DNA of 62,612 nt, filler included, from Rhabdomonas costata (Eukaryota), in the NCBI GenBank assembly GCA_019059605.1. It is 38 parts of 38 records of this genome, joined end to end, with 100 filler letters (N's around TTAATTAATTAA, not from the genome) between each part and the next. Parts side by side here need not be neighbours in the genome. Positions count along the whole stretch, not along the records: positions 9,913 to 11,462 come from JAHMHO010013247.1; positions 11,563 to 13,113 come from JAHMHO010013248.1; positions 13,214 to 14,763 come from JAHMHO010013249.1; positions 14,864 to 16,413 come from JAHMHO010013250.1; positions 16,514 to 18,067 come from JAHMHO010013251.1; positions 18,168 to 19,716 come from JAHMHO010013252.1; positions 19,817 to 21,366 come from JAHMHO010013253.1; positions 21,467 to 23,016 come from JAHMHO010013254.1; 30 more parts are not named here. One strand, 5' to 3'. The notes under the pieces were generated by a model, which saw nothing but the letters and a program-made list of their open reading frames with translations, was not told the origin of the DNA and did no database searches. The stretch's first letter is position 1; the number at the start of each line of letters is the position of its first letter. The position numbers and the translations under genes were made by a program. Positions 10,804-23,151 of the stretch are shown here, piece after piece.

Positions 10804-11562
10804 GTGATGTCTCTGAGATTTCTGTTTCTCATCGCAAAACCTGAAACAGCATCACCTTCGTCTTTGGTGACGTCTTTGGTTTTTTTACCCCTCCCCGTTT
10901 TCGTTTTTTCTGCTTCCCCGTATTTGCTTTCTCCCTTCGCTTACCCTATACTTTTCCACTCTTTTCTCGTGGATGCTTTTCTGTTATTTTCGTGAACAGG
11001 TCAATCCAGTACATCTGCTGTTGCTTTGGTGCATATTCAAATACCATGGCTCTCTCTCAGCGCTCTAATTAACATCGGTCGCTGGTCTGCCGTCTGTGGT
11101 CCCTCGTCTGCAAAATTCTTTGGCTTGGAACGTACGGGATTCAAAATCCCATGCAGTGACCATTTTCGTCGACTTCCTCGTCCTCTGGCGCTAATTGCCG
11201 GTATCTTCGTCCACCAAACCACTGTTGTTCGAATGTTCTGACTGCTGCGGAGAGTCCTCCGACGTCTGCCCGTCGCGCTTCATCCAACGACAGTGAGAAC
11301 GCTTTTCTTTTCACTTTTCTCCTCTCTTTTTTCCCAGCGGTGTGGTGGAAAGCCCGCTTCGCCCTCCCGGACCCCGCAAGTCCCTCCGGTGTCCCAGCCT
11401 CATGAGGTTCCCTCGTTCCCATTTCCCCGGGCCGATTCCAGCGCCAAGGACACCTCCCCCACNNNNNNNNNNNNNNNNNNNNNNNNNNNNNNNNNNNNNN
11501 NNNNNNTTAATTAATTAANNNNNNNNNNNNNNNNNNNNNNNNNNNNNNNNNNNNNNNNNNNN

Positions 11563-13113
11563 GGGTGTTATACCAGAGGTTGGATAAAGAAAAGCTCTTT
11601 GCAAATCCACAAAACTCGACTTCTGGATGTGCATACATGCACTTTTCTGGATTTGCAAAGAGCTTTTCTTTATCCAACCTCTGGTATAACACCCGCAAAG
11701 CTTCTACATGGGCTTCCAATGTCTCCGTATGGACGATAATGTCGTCCACGTACGCACATGTAGTCTCTCGCAGATCCTCAAGAACGAAGTCCATGGTTCT
11801 CTGGAACGTGGGTGGGGCATTACACAACCCAAAGGGCATGACTCTGAATTGGAACGAACCGTACATTGTCTTAAATACCGTCCTCTCCACATGCTCTGGA
11901 TGAATGCGGATCTGATGAAATCCAGCATGCAAATCTTGTTTGGAAAACCACTTCACCTTTCTCGCGTGATCAATCATCTCTTCAATTCGTGGTAAAGGGT
12001 ACGCATCTGTAACAGTAATCGCATTAAGCGGTCTGTAATCAACACACAGCCGCAACTTACCGTTGACCTTTGGAACGAACAGCACCACTGCGCCATAAGG
12101 CGAGGTTGCTTGCTCTATAAAACCAAGCTCCTGGAGACTCTTCAGCTGCTTCCGCAATTCCTCATCTTCCTCCGGGGACATTCGGTACAGCCTCTGGGCT
12201 GGTACCTTACTTTCAGACTTCAAATCAATCCTGTGGTACGTCCTCCTCGAATGGGTAACCCTCCGGGAACTGACGCTGGAAAGATGTGCGCAAATTCTTG
12301 GTTTAAATTCTCGATCTCTGGAGGTGTTGGTAACAACGCACAAGGGGGGCCACAAATGCTGTGGTACACATCTTTAATCAACTTTTCTACCTCCTTTTGA
12401 GGTGAATCTCGCAACTTCCTTTTGACCTTCCACTTCTACTCCTGAGCCCTAGCAATGGCTCGCTGGTCTTGCTTGGTTGGAACAATCTCTTCCACCTCCA
12501 GTGCAGAAACCACGACCTGTGGATGGGACTGTGGATTTGTTTCCGCACCGTGTGGAATGGTCTCCAAAAAGACTCCAACACTTTGGACGTCGGGACTGAT
12601 CGGGACGTCGCCTCCCCGATCCACTGCTATTTTGAGCTTGGGGTAGAACGACCTCTGAACGTTCTGCGGTGGGGCAATCAACGGTTTCACATGGGAAACT
12701 TCCTTTGATCTGCTTCCAACATTGCTGTGGTGGGGCATGTGATTCGAAATGAATCCACTGCTGGAAGCTCCTTGATGTCGTACATTCTTCCTCATCTCCA
12801 CACCTTGACATTTCTGCGCTTCCAATCAATCTGCGGTTGCAGCCTCGTCAAAAACGGATAGCCCAGCACCACTGGGATTGCCGTCTTGATCACTCTCAAA
12901 AGCAATTTGATTGGCATGGTACCCAACCTTCCGACAACTCGGACGAAGTGCGTCACGTGAAGTCCCTCCCCGTTCGCAACCCTCACCGTAAGCTTCTTAT
13001 GCAAAGGGTACCTCTGCAAACGGAATCTCTGGACCAACTCCTGACTTGTAAACGAATCTGAAGCTCCGGAATCCAGTAATGCCCTAACTTGGGTGTTCCC
13101 AATCCACAACCAC
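11563..13113 (-). mobile_element. pol: Ty3/gypsy LTR retrotransposon pol fragment (aspartic protease + reverse transcriptase), disrupted
   Basis: ALLDSGAS protease motif; RT motifs LRLCVDYRPLN, YPLPRI, MPFGLCNAP, YVDD; protease precedes RT; stop and frameshifts lie between the domains. Confidence 0.97.
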
Positions 13114-13213
13114 NNNNNNNNNNNNNNNNNNNNNNNNNNNNNNNNNNNNNNNNNNNNTTAATTAATTAANNNNNNNNNNNNNNNNNNNNNNNNNNNNNNN
13201 NNNNNNNNNNNNN

Positions 13214-13580
13214 GTTGGGGGGGGGGCGTTAAACGTTTAGCAATGCTAAGCCATGTTTGGAATTGTCCTTACTATGTTTTGACATACAAATAGGACAGGA
13301 GTATTTTCGGGGTGGAGGGCAGCCCCGTGGTGCCCTGAGCGGGGTGGCTGCATTGGGACGTGCCATGGAGTGATCCGCTCGTTTGCACTGCACGTTTAGC
13401 GGTGCTAAACGAACGAATCGGGCGCATTTTCGACTTTGTTTTTTTATTGTCAACTACCACTTCCGATTGGAGCCTGTTGATATTTTTTGGGCTGGAGCGA
13501 GGAGGGCAGGGGAGGTTGAACGTTTAGGTATGCTGAACGTGTTAGCAGTGCTAAGGGGTCATAATTTTTCTATCCTCCCT
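13214..13580. repeat. Second copy of the palindromic MITE-like family (three motif copies)
   Basis: CGTTAAACGTTTAGCAATGCTAAG (13227), CGTTTAGCGGTGCTAAACG (13393), GTTAGCAGTGCTAAGGGGTCATAATTT (13541), the last matching 7459-7485. Confidence 0.7.
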
Positions 13581-14385
13581 GTCTGTCTGCGATGGGGGAG
13601 GGAGGGGGGGGGGCAGAAAAACAGTATACCCAACCCCATTTTGCCATAAGTGCCTTTGAGCGGTGGCATCTCAGAGTCAATTGTGGCACGATGTCCCCTC
13701 ATTTAGGAGGGTCAAGTCAGCCCCTCTCTGCCCGCGGAGCTTCCATCGCTTTGCCCGGAGGACCTCCCTCCGGGGACCCCAGAGCCCCTCCCGTACCGCG
13801 CGGAGCCTCCCCCGCGAAGCCCCAGCGTGGCGGGCACGGAAGAGAGCTGCCCGGTTCCAGCCCCAAGGGCGGTGGCGGTGCCCCCGGTGCGACTGCACTG
13901 CAGGGTGTCCTCGTTTGGGTCGGAGGATGGGGGCAGCTCAGTGTCCAGCTTCGGAATCGGCAATGGGTTCCTCTTCTCACTCTCACTCTCTCACTCTCTC
14001 ATATTCTCGCACCACCTCAAGGACAGCATCCTTCATCACATTACCCCAAACCTCGCACACCCAGAACCCGACCCATCCTCCGATTTCAGATGCAAGCACC
14101 CCACAAAAAGTCGACTTCCACCCCACAGTCGCAAAGAACCCGACGAAGACGTCCAAGGCAGGCGGGGATGGCGCCTTGCTGACGATGACCCAACTCCTCC
14201 GGGGGTCCGAACATCAGTCACTCCAGTAAGGCATCAGATCATTCAGCTGCTCAACTCAGAGTTCACCCCTTTCACTTCACTTACACTCCCCCTCTTTCCC
14301 TCTATTTTTTCTCCCTCTCCCCGGTTTGTTTCGCCTTGTCCTTTTTCATGGTGCGTTTTATAATCATCTGCTTTCATTTGGACAC

Positions 14386-14612
14386 AATGACAGAACGTCA
14401 ACACATTCCCACTTATTAACGTTTTGAGGGGTGCGAAATTACTGCGCATTTTGCCATGCAATGTGCAGGGGAATGCCGTCACCGTGAACCATCTTATTTC
14501 GTGAACCGTCCAATTTCATTCGGAAATGACGGCAGAACGTGAACACATTCCCACTTGCCAACGTTTTGAGGAGTGTGAAATTCTGAACATTTTTTTCGTG
14601 ACGATGCCATGC
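14386..14612 (+). repeat. Degenerate tandem duplication, unit about 140 bp
   Basis: AATGAC..AGAACGT.AACACATTCCCACTT...AACGTTTTGAGG.GTG.GAAATT occurs twice (about 14386 and 14525). Confidence 0.8.
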
Positions 14613-14900
14613 TCTGACTTCACTGCGCTCCCGATTCCGATGCTGACCCCTTGGACATTCCTTCCTCTAATACCAACTGCAGTTGGATAGTGATCACTAT
14701 CGCTGTTGCGGTCTTTGCAAGAGGTGTTTAAAGTGAAGAGCCAATTTGGAGAGACAACAACACNNNNNNNNNNNNNNNNNNNNNNNNNNNNNNNNNNNNN
14801 NNNNNNNTTAATTAATTAANNNNNNNNNNNNNNNNNNNNNNNNNNNNNNNNNNNNNNNNNNNNGGGCGTGGGGTGGATGGTTTCTGATGCGTGCACGCAG

Positions 14901-15930
14901 GCGAAAATGAAGCTGGGGATGGTCTACGACCGCCGGGGGGTGGCGCTGTACAACCTGGGCAAGCCTGTGGAGGCCGCCGCGGAATTCACCAAGGCCGTCG
15001 ACGCTTGCGCTGGAGTCCCGCTGTTCCATTTCCATCGTGCTCAGGTTTGGGAGGCTGCCCAGGAGGCTGCTCTTTGCGATTATGCCTCTCATTCTTCACT
15101 GTTTTTTCACCCTTGCTCACCGCCTCTCTAGCAGGTTGTGTGTCACGTCACCGTTAGGCTGCAAGGGGAAGAAGCGGTACAAGAGAGTGGGAGAAATAAA
15201 AAGAGCACCCCGAAGGACCAAGGAGAGTCTCGCAGCCTCTTTGCCTCATATGTACAGTCAAAATTGAAGACCCGCGGCGCTTTGATTTCAGCCCGAAAAC
15301 GAGAGATCTTTCACTATTTCCTTCGCTTCTAGGCTCTTGCCATTCAGTGACACCGCAATGGTTCTTCTGGTTCTCGCGAAAGATACCGTTTCGTCCGGTT
15401 GTGGTCGAAATGGCCTGTCCTCAGCGCTGCGAGATTGCAAGGCTCTTTTTCTCTGCCGCCTTGTGCGTGTTGCTTTATGAGTGAGTGGATAGTCGTATTC
15501 TATCTCCGACAGCCCTCAGGCTTCAAGTTCCGTTTGCTCTTTTTTTTTTCAATTCATCGAAACTGGAAACACACTCGTGAAGTAATTTTGCGTGGGCTGA
15601 GGGGGCTTTTGAAGGGCAAGTGGCCTGATAGCCAATCAACAAAACTCAGATCAGAAAGTGAAGAAAGTGGCTTCGATACGCAGTGCTTTGGTTGCCTCCC
15701 TTCCTAACAGTGCCAAATCTTGGACCCCTCCACCCGACCAGAGGGTGTGCGCGACCTGCAGCGGTGCCTGGAGCTGGGCACCACTGACCGCGAGATCCTC
15801 CGAGCAGCGCACACCTACTGCCCCAGAGGCCCCGCCGGCGCGGAGTCGGCCGCCCCTGCCTCCGGGGTCAGGAGGCCCCCCGAGGTGCTGCAAAGCGTCG
15901 GTGGCAACGCCTCGTTCATCGTGATCGACG
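14901..15930 (+). CDS. TPR-containing protein, two exons (14901-15044, 15711-15930)
   Basis: YDRRGVALYNLGKPVEAAAEFTKAV...LFHFHRAQ|CQILD...GVRDLQRCLEL fits the TPR consensus; phase-0 GT-AG intron. Confidence 0.75.
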
Positions 15931-16580
15931 GTCCGCGTTTTCTTTTTCGTTCTTGGAGTTGGAGGGGGGGGAGGAAGGTCTTCCAGTAGCTCCCATACCA
16001 GCTCGGGCTTGTGTCAATGCTTGGGGTCACCCCGAGAATCGGGGAAGCACTCACTTAGATTCAACAGGATATGTGCGCTTGCCCAAAACCAGTCTCTGTA
16101 TCACAGGTTTCCTTCGGATCTTCCGTTTCCCCGTCCAACAGGTTGGGAAGACAAGACTTTGGCAACTTTCAAAACCCATTGAGAGTTGAGTACAGCAGAT
16201 GGTCGTGGCAACGCAACGTAAACAACTACATACTCGAGGAGGAAACAGTATAGTGGAGGAAAATGAGAGAGAAGTATGTAAGGGCCCGAAAAAGGGAAGA
16301 ATTTCAGGATACTGTGAATGGCCACGGGTAAACTTCAATTCTTCTCTCTCATTTTCCTCCACTATACTGTTTCCTCCTCGAGTATGTAGTTGTTTACGTT
16401 GCGTTGCCACCACNNNNNNNNNNNNNNNNNNNNNNNNNNNNNNNNNNNNNNNNNNNNTTAATTAATTAANNNNNNNNNNNNNNNNNNNNNNNNNNNNNNN
16501 NNNNNNNNNNNNNTGTGTTGTGGTCTCGTGCACTGGGAGGAAGGTGGACGGGGAAGGGGGAGGGGCGTGCACGCGCGTGC

Positions 16581-17228
16581 CAGAGAGAAGGTGGGCAGCA
16601 TGGTGTAGTTGGTGGTGTAGCCCACCATCAGCCACCCGGTGAAGATGGGGATGCTGGCGAAGTAGAAGATCGACGAAAAAATCGCCTGGATCATGCTGAT
16701 GATCCCGCGGTGGAAGATGAACTGCGGAGCATGCGGCACGGAAACAAAAGGTGCAGAAAACCCATCCAAAGGCGTCAGCTGTGTGTGCAGCTCTTCAAGT
16801 CGACCTGGGAAGCTCCAGAAACCGTTCCCTGACAACTTTAACCAGAAACAACAGATATCAATCAAGCAGGTTCCATAAGAATTCCAACCTGAGATGACTC
16901 CCAGGGGGAGGCAAAGCTATGAGCTCGTTAACCTGAACTCGATTGGCCAACAGGAAGAAAGTTTCGCTGCCCTTACAGACCGACTGGATGCACCGAGTCC
17001 CAAAAAACAAATCAGTGTGCAAGCCAAAACTACAGGAAAAATGAGGGCCGGTTCGCAAAAATCCCTTGCAGTGCAGTATAGTGCATTGAAAGATCGTAGT
17101 ATCGTAAAAATCGTGCAGCGTAGTGCATCTGAAAGTTGGAGGAACCCGCCCTACAGCAGGCAGGCCAAGCAACGTTGCCCACCGATTTTGTTGGCCGGCT
17201 TCACCATGCGATGCAAAACGGAGAGAAC

Positions 17229-17268
<40 letters not shown>

Positions 17269-17962
17269 GAGAGGGATGGCACATAAGACAGGCTTCTACG
17301 TGCCGAAAAATGAGAGCAGGGGAGAAGCAGTGACCTGGGAAAGCGTGGCGGAGCGGAGGTAGGCGTTGCGGCCGTGCCACAGGATCAGCGATTTGCAGTG
17401 GTCAAACCGCGTCAGGCTGAAGTCCGCGGCCAGGCTGGCCTGCTTGCCCTCCTTTCCGACGATCCCCAGACCCACGTGGGCGGCCTGCACAAACACAAAA
17501 TACACTGATGCATCCGTGGGTGTGCATCTGGTAATCATTCTTTCTCTCTTTGGGTGAGGAATGTGGAAATGAGTGGTGGCGCAGGAAGTCGGGTCCCGCT
17601 AGAGCCGGATCCTTGATGACGACACTCTGTCAATTAAGGGGTAAGGGGAAGAGAGAATCCCCTCTTCGGCTCGAAGAGGCTGTATGGTGGCTGCAGCCTC
17701 TGGTGGTCCCCCTGGGGAGCTGGGGGAAGTATTCATTCTCTCTCTCTCTCATTCTCTCTCCATTTTCGATAACAGAAGCAATAGAATACAAGAGGTGTAA
17801 GGAGGGTTCTTGGCTTCTTGAGAAGTGGTCTGGCGACGGAGTCTTTGAAATGGATTGGATTACTTTGACCTAGTTTGAGGGCAGGCGGGGGGGAAGGAGA
17901 GGGGAGGAGAAGTCCGGGATGACGGCAGAGGCAAACCTGAATCATGCTGACATCGTTTCCAC
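16581..17962 (-). CDS. ATP9: P4-ATPase phospholipid flippase, ATP9/NEO1 class; exons 17937-17962, 17335-17484, 16581-16721
   Basis: Spliced [32 protein letters not shown]...[68 protein letters not shown] is characteristic of ATP9/Neo1. Confidence 0.95.
17231..17266. repeat. (AG)18 intronic microsatellite
   Basis: Direct reading. Confidence 0.95.
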
Positions 17963-19816
17963 CTGAGCAAAACCAGTGTGGAAAAAAGGTACAAGACTCA
18001 AAAAATCAATCAAACACAGACCAGAAGCCTCTCGGCGCAAGAGAGAAAAAAGCGAGGACCAAAAACANNNNNNNNNNNNNNNNNNNNNNNNNNNNNNNNN
18101 NNNNNNNNNNNTTAATTAATTAANNNNNNNNNNNNNNNNNNNNNNNNNNNNNNNNNNNNNNNNNNNNTTGTGTGTGGGGGAGGATGTGGATTGTTGTGGA
18201 TACTGTTGACATTGACACTGGGAGCGATGCTAAAGGGCCCTCCGCACCACACCACCTCTACTCCCCTCTTTTGTGGGTCAACAGGGCAATGGTGATGCCA
18301 ATTTACCACCTGAATTGCAGTCAGTCGAACAAACCCATAAACCCACGTTGAAAGCCACTAGCAAATTGCTCTTTATCATAATCGTACCTGCGGCAAAATG
18401 GGAAGGGGTGTCCCCGTGGCACGTGGAAAACGAAACAACATCCCAACAGACACAAATGTCCCTACGTCAAAGAAGAAAATCTGACTTGACCCCATATGAT
18501 GAAAATCCCAGCCGTCTGTGTGCTCTTTATCGTCCATTCCAATACAGAAAAGAATCACAGTGGACAATAAACGCGATTGGACGGACTGGGTAGGGATTTG
18601 CTTGAAACGAAACGAGAGAGCAGAGGGCGCTTCACTGGGAACAGTGGTACCTTAGCTTTGCGCACGGTTGCCACGGCCGGAGCAGTGCTCTGTGCGGCAG
18701 CGCCCGACGCGGCACTGGACTCCTGAAGGGCCGAGGAGCCCCCACCGGGGCGAAGAGTGCTCATCTTGAACGGCACTCACGGCAACACGGCAACGGAATA
18801 AATCGATGGACCCAGGAAACAATACAGCTTATCTGAGGAGATCGAGAAAGCCGAGAAACCAGAAGGCTGGCGCGAAGGTTGGCGCAGAGAGTTTAAAATC
18901 ACGTCAGCCTGTTCTCGTTCTAAAAAAAATCAGCCAACCTTATCTTTTTATGTTTCTCTTCCGCATTCCCTCACCATGTTGATAACAAACATGCATTGCA
19001 TTCTGACCTGCAAGCCTACTGGCCAGAATGAGCGAAAATGTCCAAAAAAAATGCACCTGAAGTCTCCAAGTCCTACCTCGCCTGAGATCACCAAGGATCT
19101 TCTGAGCACAATTTTGACTGAATTTTCCGCTATCTCTCTGATGCTAGTGTACAATATGCAATATTTTCACGTTTTCGGCCACCGAAAGTGCCATGTCCCA
19201 GCCAAGGAGAAACACAGGAATCACACATGCAACAAAATGCTTGCGGCAACTTCTGCTTAGTCCGAGCAAACACTAGCAGTACAATCCCTGCACAACGTTC
19301 AGGTTGACGCAAAACCGTCTCGCCACTCGCCACGGCCACCACCAAAACCACGGCATGACGACACACACACGATTTTTTTCCGGACAATCGGAGGGCGGTG
19401 TCGATGGGGACTCCAAAGCTTCACCGACGCCTCATTTTCCCTAACGGACATGAGGTCGGGAGTGAGGATACTGACATGATAACACATATACACGAGGGGG
19501 GAGTGAGCCCCTCCCCGTAACACATGCCACAGAGCAACATGCATCTTTTGCCCAGCCATCGATTCGCGAAAAACTGCGCTTGTGTCAAGGTGTTGCTCGT
19601 CTAACCAACGGAGAGAAGCCCCCCAGTGCGGTTGAAGGCGGCCGCTCCCGCGCCCGCGCGGGAGCCACGAGACACCGGAGAGGCCCCGCCCAACCCCACC
19701 AAACACTCCTAACACANNNNNNNNNNNNNNNNNNNNNNNNNNNNNNNNNNNNNNNNNNNNTTAATTAATTAANNNNNNNNNNNNNNNNNNNNNNNNNNNN
19801 NNNNNNNNNNNNNNNN

Positions 19817-20375
19817 TTTTGGTTTGAACCTCACGAGGCTGTGCGGGCGCGGCTGGAAGCTGCACAGGGATGATGAGTTTTCGCTTGATGTCTGGCTGGT
19901 CTTGTCCGTTCGGCAGAGCAAGCTTCGAGGCAACGTGGTCGCTTGACCGAATGGACTGGCGGACGTCGGAGTTGTTTGTGCTGCTTGGTGGGAAGACACG
20001 GGAAGCACGAGCAGTGGCAGACGACGCAGGAAGTGGGGGATGAGGTGAGGCAAAGGGTTTGGTGCTGCCCGTGGAGGAAATCGCCATCGACAAAGCCCGT
20101 TGTGGCAGGAGGAGCCGTACCTCAGAGGATGCAGTGCCGAGCGGCTTTCGCTGCCGCGTCTTGGGAAGGCTGTCGGAGTTGACCCTCCCGGTAAAAGCAG
20201 CAGGTTGAAGTGCTGGTGGACGGGAGGAAGAGGAGGCGAGAAACCGCTGGGTTGGCAATTGCCTGGCCTTGGCAATAGTTCCCAGGTAAGAGTCCCCCCA
20301 AAGGAAGAAGGTGACGGCCCACACCAGTGGAAGGGCCACGTAGGAGAGCTGTGCTCCATGAAACACAAGCGTCAT
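19817..20375 (-). CDS. N-terminal part of a protein with signal/TM anchor and Ser/Pro/Ala-rich stem
   Basis: MTLVFHGAQLSYVALPLVWAVTFFLWG followed by about 160 aa of open low-complexity frame to the contig end. Confidence 0.45.
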
Positions 20376-21114
20376 TTTGCAGGCGTGAAAGTAGGTGCGG
20401 TGCGTGGTGTGAAAAGAAAGTGCGAGGTGCACTTCCCCTGTAGCACAGCAGCAAGATTTCAAGTTGTTCAAGTTGTTGTCAACTTTACGCGGGGTCCCAG
20501 GATGCAAACGTGAGCCAAGGGCGAAAGCAACAAAGCGGCATCAAGACGCATCACTTTTCTTCTCCGACTGGGCGAATCCATGGAGAAACGCTCGCGACCG
20601 TCGATCTTTCAGTTTTTGGCTTTCTGAATGTCCTTTCTGAGGGGCTGCCGTGTCGTTACTACCCGACTCACAGAAATAACTCCTTTGTGCATAACAAAAC
20701 CATCTCGGTTGATACACGGCTTTTCATTGAGCAGTATAAAGGAAGAGTCCGCGGTAAAACAAACAAGTACGAGCCCACACCAAGCGAGCCCACACCAAAC
20801 TTGAAGCCAAGGACACCCCGGCACCGGCATTTTTCTTTGCAGGAGATCGTATCTTATTCCCCATTGACTCCGCTTTGCTCTGGGAAGACAGCAAAGCTCG
20901 TACCGAGCTTACCAGTCAACCTGCATATGCGGTGAATTGTCCACGTGGGAACTGGGAGGCAAAATTTGTGTATCCTCACCCTACCAGTCTCAGAATTCTG
21001 GAGCGCATAAAAGTCACCTCCAAAATGTTGTTGTTGCAGAGCTGTAATGTGAAGGCAGCGCCAAAATACTCATCGGGCTCTCGAGTCCTCAAGTGAGCCC
21101 ACCAACGCTAAAAA

Positions 21115-21360
21115 TCACGGTTCCGGCGGACGGGCCCCAGCCTGAACCAGCAAGTTCACTGCTTCCTCGTTATCAAACCATCTTGCCAGCTGAGCTGGGG
21201 TCCTGCCCTTCGAGTCTTTCGCCTCCAAATTGAGCACACGGGCTCCAGCAACTGCCAGTTCGCTCTTCGAACTAGCCCCGCTCTTCCGCGAAACAGAACC
21301 ACCCCGTGGTGGTTTCTCCTTGGGATCCACCGATGCAGCTACCCCACAACCCAAACACAC
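21115..21360 (-). CDS. C-terminus of an ankyrin-repeat protein
   Basis: NLEAKDSKGRTPAQLARWFDNEEAVNLLVQAGA fits the ankyrin consensus; TGA stop. Confidence 0.75.
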   Translation of the reverse strand: MCLGCGVAASVDPKEKPPRGGSVSRKSGASSKSELAVAGARVLNLEAKDSKGRTPAQLARWFDNEEAVNLLVQAGARPPEP

Positions 21361-21664
21361 CCCACANNNNNNNNNNNNNNNNNNNNNNNNNNNNNNNNNN
21401 NNNNNNNNNNTTAATTAATTAANNNNNNNNNNNNNNNNNNNNNNNNNNNNNNNNNNNNNNNNNNNNGTTGTGGTGGACACGGAGGCGGGTTTCGCGCACT
21501 TGACATGGGAGGGCGGGTCGGACAGCCGGTAAGGCAATAAACTGGCTGTGTTTCATGCGAGACCGGAAAAACACGGGAAAATTGATATTTTGAAAATAGA
21601 GGCGGGGAGGAAAATGGGGGCAGGGCTGACAGCCATCAGGGCAGTATGGAGGACGTACGCACAC

Positions 21665-22478
21665 CTCAGGGACGTACTCCGTGGGGGGCTGCGGGCGGGC
21701 CAGGATGCCTGCCAGCTCACGCCGGGCGACACGCATCCGCGGCAAGTCCGGATTGAGTGACGGCGAGCAGGTCAGCCCGTACTCCCCGGGTGACAGCGCG
21801 AACACCACGGCATCCTTATTGCGGGTGATCCCGGGAAATGGTCAAAAATAGCGACAATTCTTTATCATAGCACCCCCCGCCCCTTCAACGTGTGTGCAGC
21901 AATTGGCGAGGAAAGAATGCAAGAGGTGTTGGAGGCACGCTCGAGGGGTGGAAGACTTATTCGGGTCATCTCCACTCCTAACAATGCGAGGTGTGATTAA
22001 TGTGCAGGGCGAGCTGCGCATGGGCTTAGTCCTCAGAGGTGCTTTGAACACGTGTAAAATAGAGTGGAGTAGAAGAAATGCCGTCAACTAACAGCTTTCT
22101 TCTTTTAAAATGTACAAGGCTGGCACGGGACCGTCTTCTCCCATGTATATTTCGCACTCCCCCACACACACACTCAAAGGAAAGCTCACCTTGGAAGAGC
22201 TATTGTAGAAGAAGGCCTCGTGGAGGTCGCCAACAATTAGGCTGAAGTTGGCCTCCGCGAAGTGAGGGGTCTTTCGGACCTGTTGGCATAGCGAGTAAGA
22301 CAAGAAGAAGAACGAATCCGTGCAAAGAGGAACAGACAGGAAGAGGGTAGGACGAGAAAGGGGCTGAAACCACACATACCATTGCCACCCTTTGAATGTA
22401 ATCCGCTGGAGACAGCGCCGCGGGGTCGCAGAGGAACTTGCTCACCACCTCCCACAGAAACTTGGGACATTCTTCCAG
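21665..22478 (-). CDS. TANGO2/NRDE-family-like protein; exons 22380-22478, 22190-22279, 21665-21814
   Basis: VVSKFL..LSPADYI..|..NFSLIVGDL.EAFFY..|..LSPGEYGLT..L....PRM resembles NRDE motifs FNLIVGD and L.PG.YGLSN..LD.PWPK; all introns phase 0 GT-AG. Confidence 0.7.
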
Positions 22479-23151
22479 CTGAATCACACCGATAGAAAAA
22501 AGAAGAACGAGTGAGTAAAGGTGTTCTGAAACCTAAGGATTCCAAAAAAGAACGGTCTTCACAACAAGCAAATGGAAAAATCGAAGAGAAAAACGTAAGT
22601 AGGGGGGGCTTCATCATGCTAACATGCGATGCGTGTGAATTCAAGGTAACCGCAAAATTTCAAGGATGTGTGCGTTGAGCGTAAGAGTGGGTTACCCCGA
22701 GAGTCCGTCCGCTTCACCCGAAACCTGAACGAGGGTAGCTGACTGAGAGCATGTGTATCTTGCGTGCGCGCGAGGAGAGTACCTCTTTCTCCCTCCGAGC
22801 GCGGTCGTCGCTACTATTGGAGCGATCCGTAGCACGGCGAGTAAAACTCCCCGCAGACACGCGGGACATCTGCATGTAGAAACAAGTGGAACACACACCC
22901 AAGGGCAGATGCATCAAAGTTCGAATGTTGAGCTGAGTCCTTTGGGGAAGTGGGCTCAGTCCCCTCCCCGCAGACAGTTCTGGCACAAGTTTGGCACTTT
23001 TGTTTGCCAACAACCCNNNNNNNNNNNNNNNNNNNNNNNNNNNNNNNNNNNNNNNNNNNNTTAATTAATTAANNNNNNNNNNNNNNNNNNNNNNNNNNNN
23101 NNNNNNNNNNNNNNNNTGTTTTGGTGGCCTGCTTGGCGCTCCCGCTTACAG

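Noticed and set aside
11563-11694. Perfect 47-bp inverted repeat (11563-11609 / 11648-11694)
   Set aside because: At the contig end and duplicates RT coding sequence via microhomology: fold-back amplification or assembly artefact.
13682-14222. Possible solo LTR (also 48057-48640)
   Set aside because: LTR-like composition but no convincing TG...CA ends, target-site duplication or clear alignment to the defined LTRs.
16205-16410. Perfect 70-bp inverted repeat (16205-16274 / 16341-16410)
   Set aside because: The second arm ends at the contig terminus with zero mismatches; self-priming chimera.
21815-21845. Possible euglenid non-conventional (non GT-AG) intron end
   Set aside because: An in-phase AAG acceptor at 21815 explains the junction; no non-conventional intron could be demonstrated anywhere in the window.
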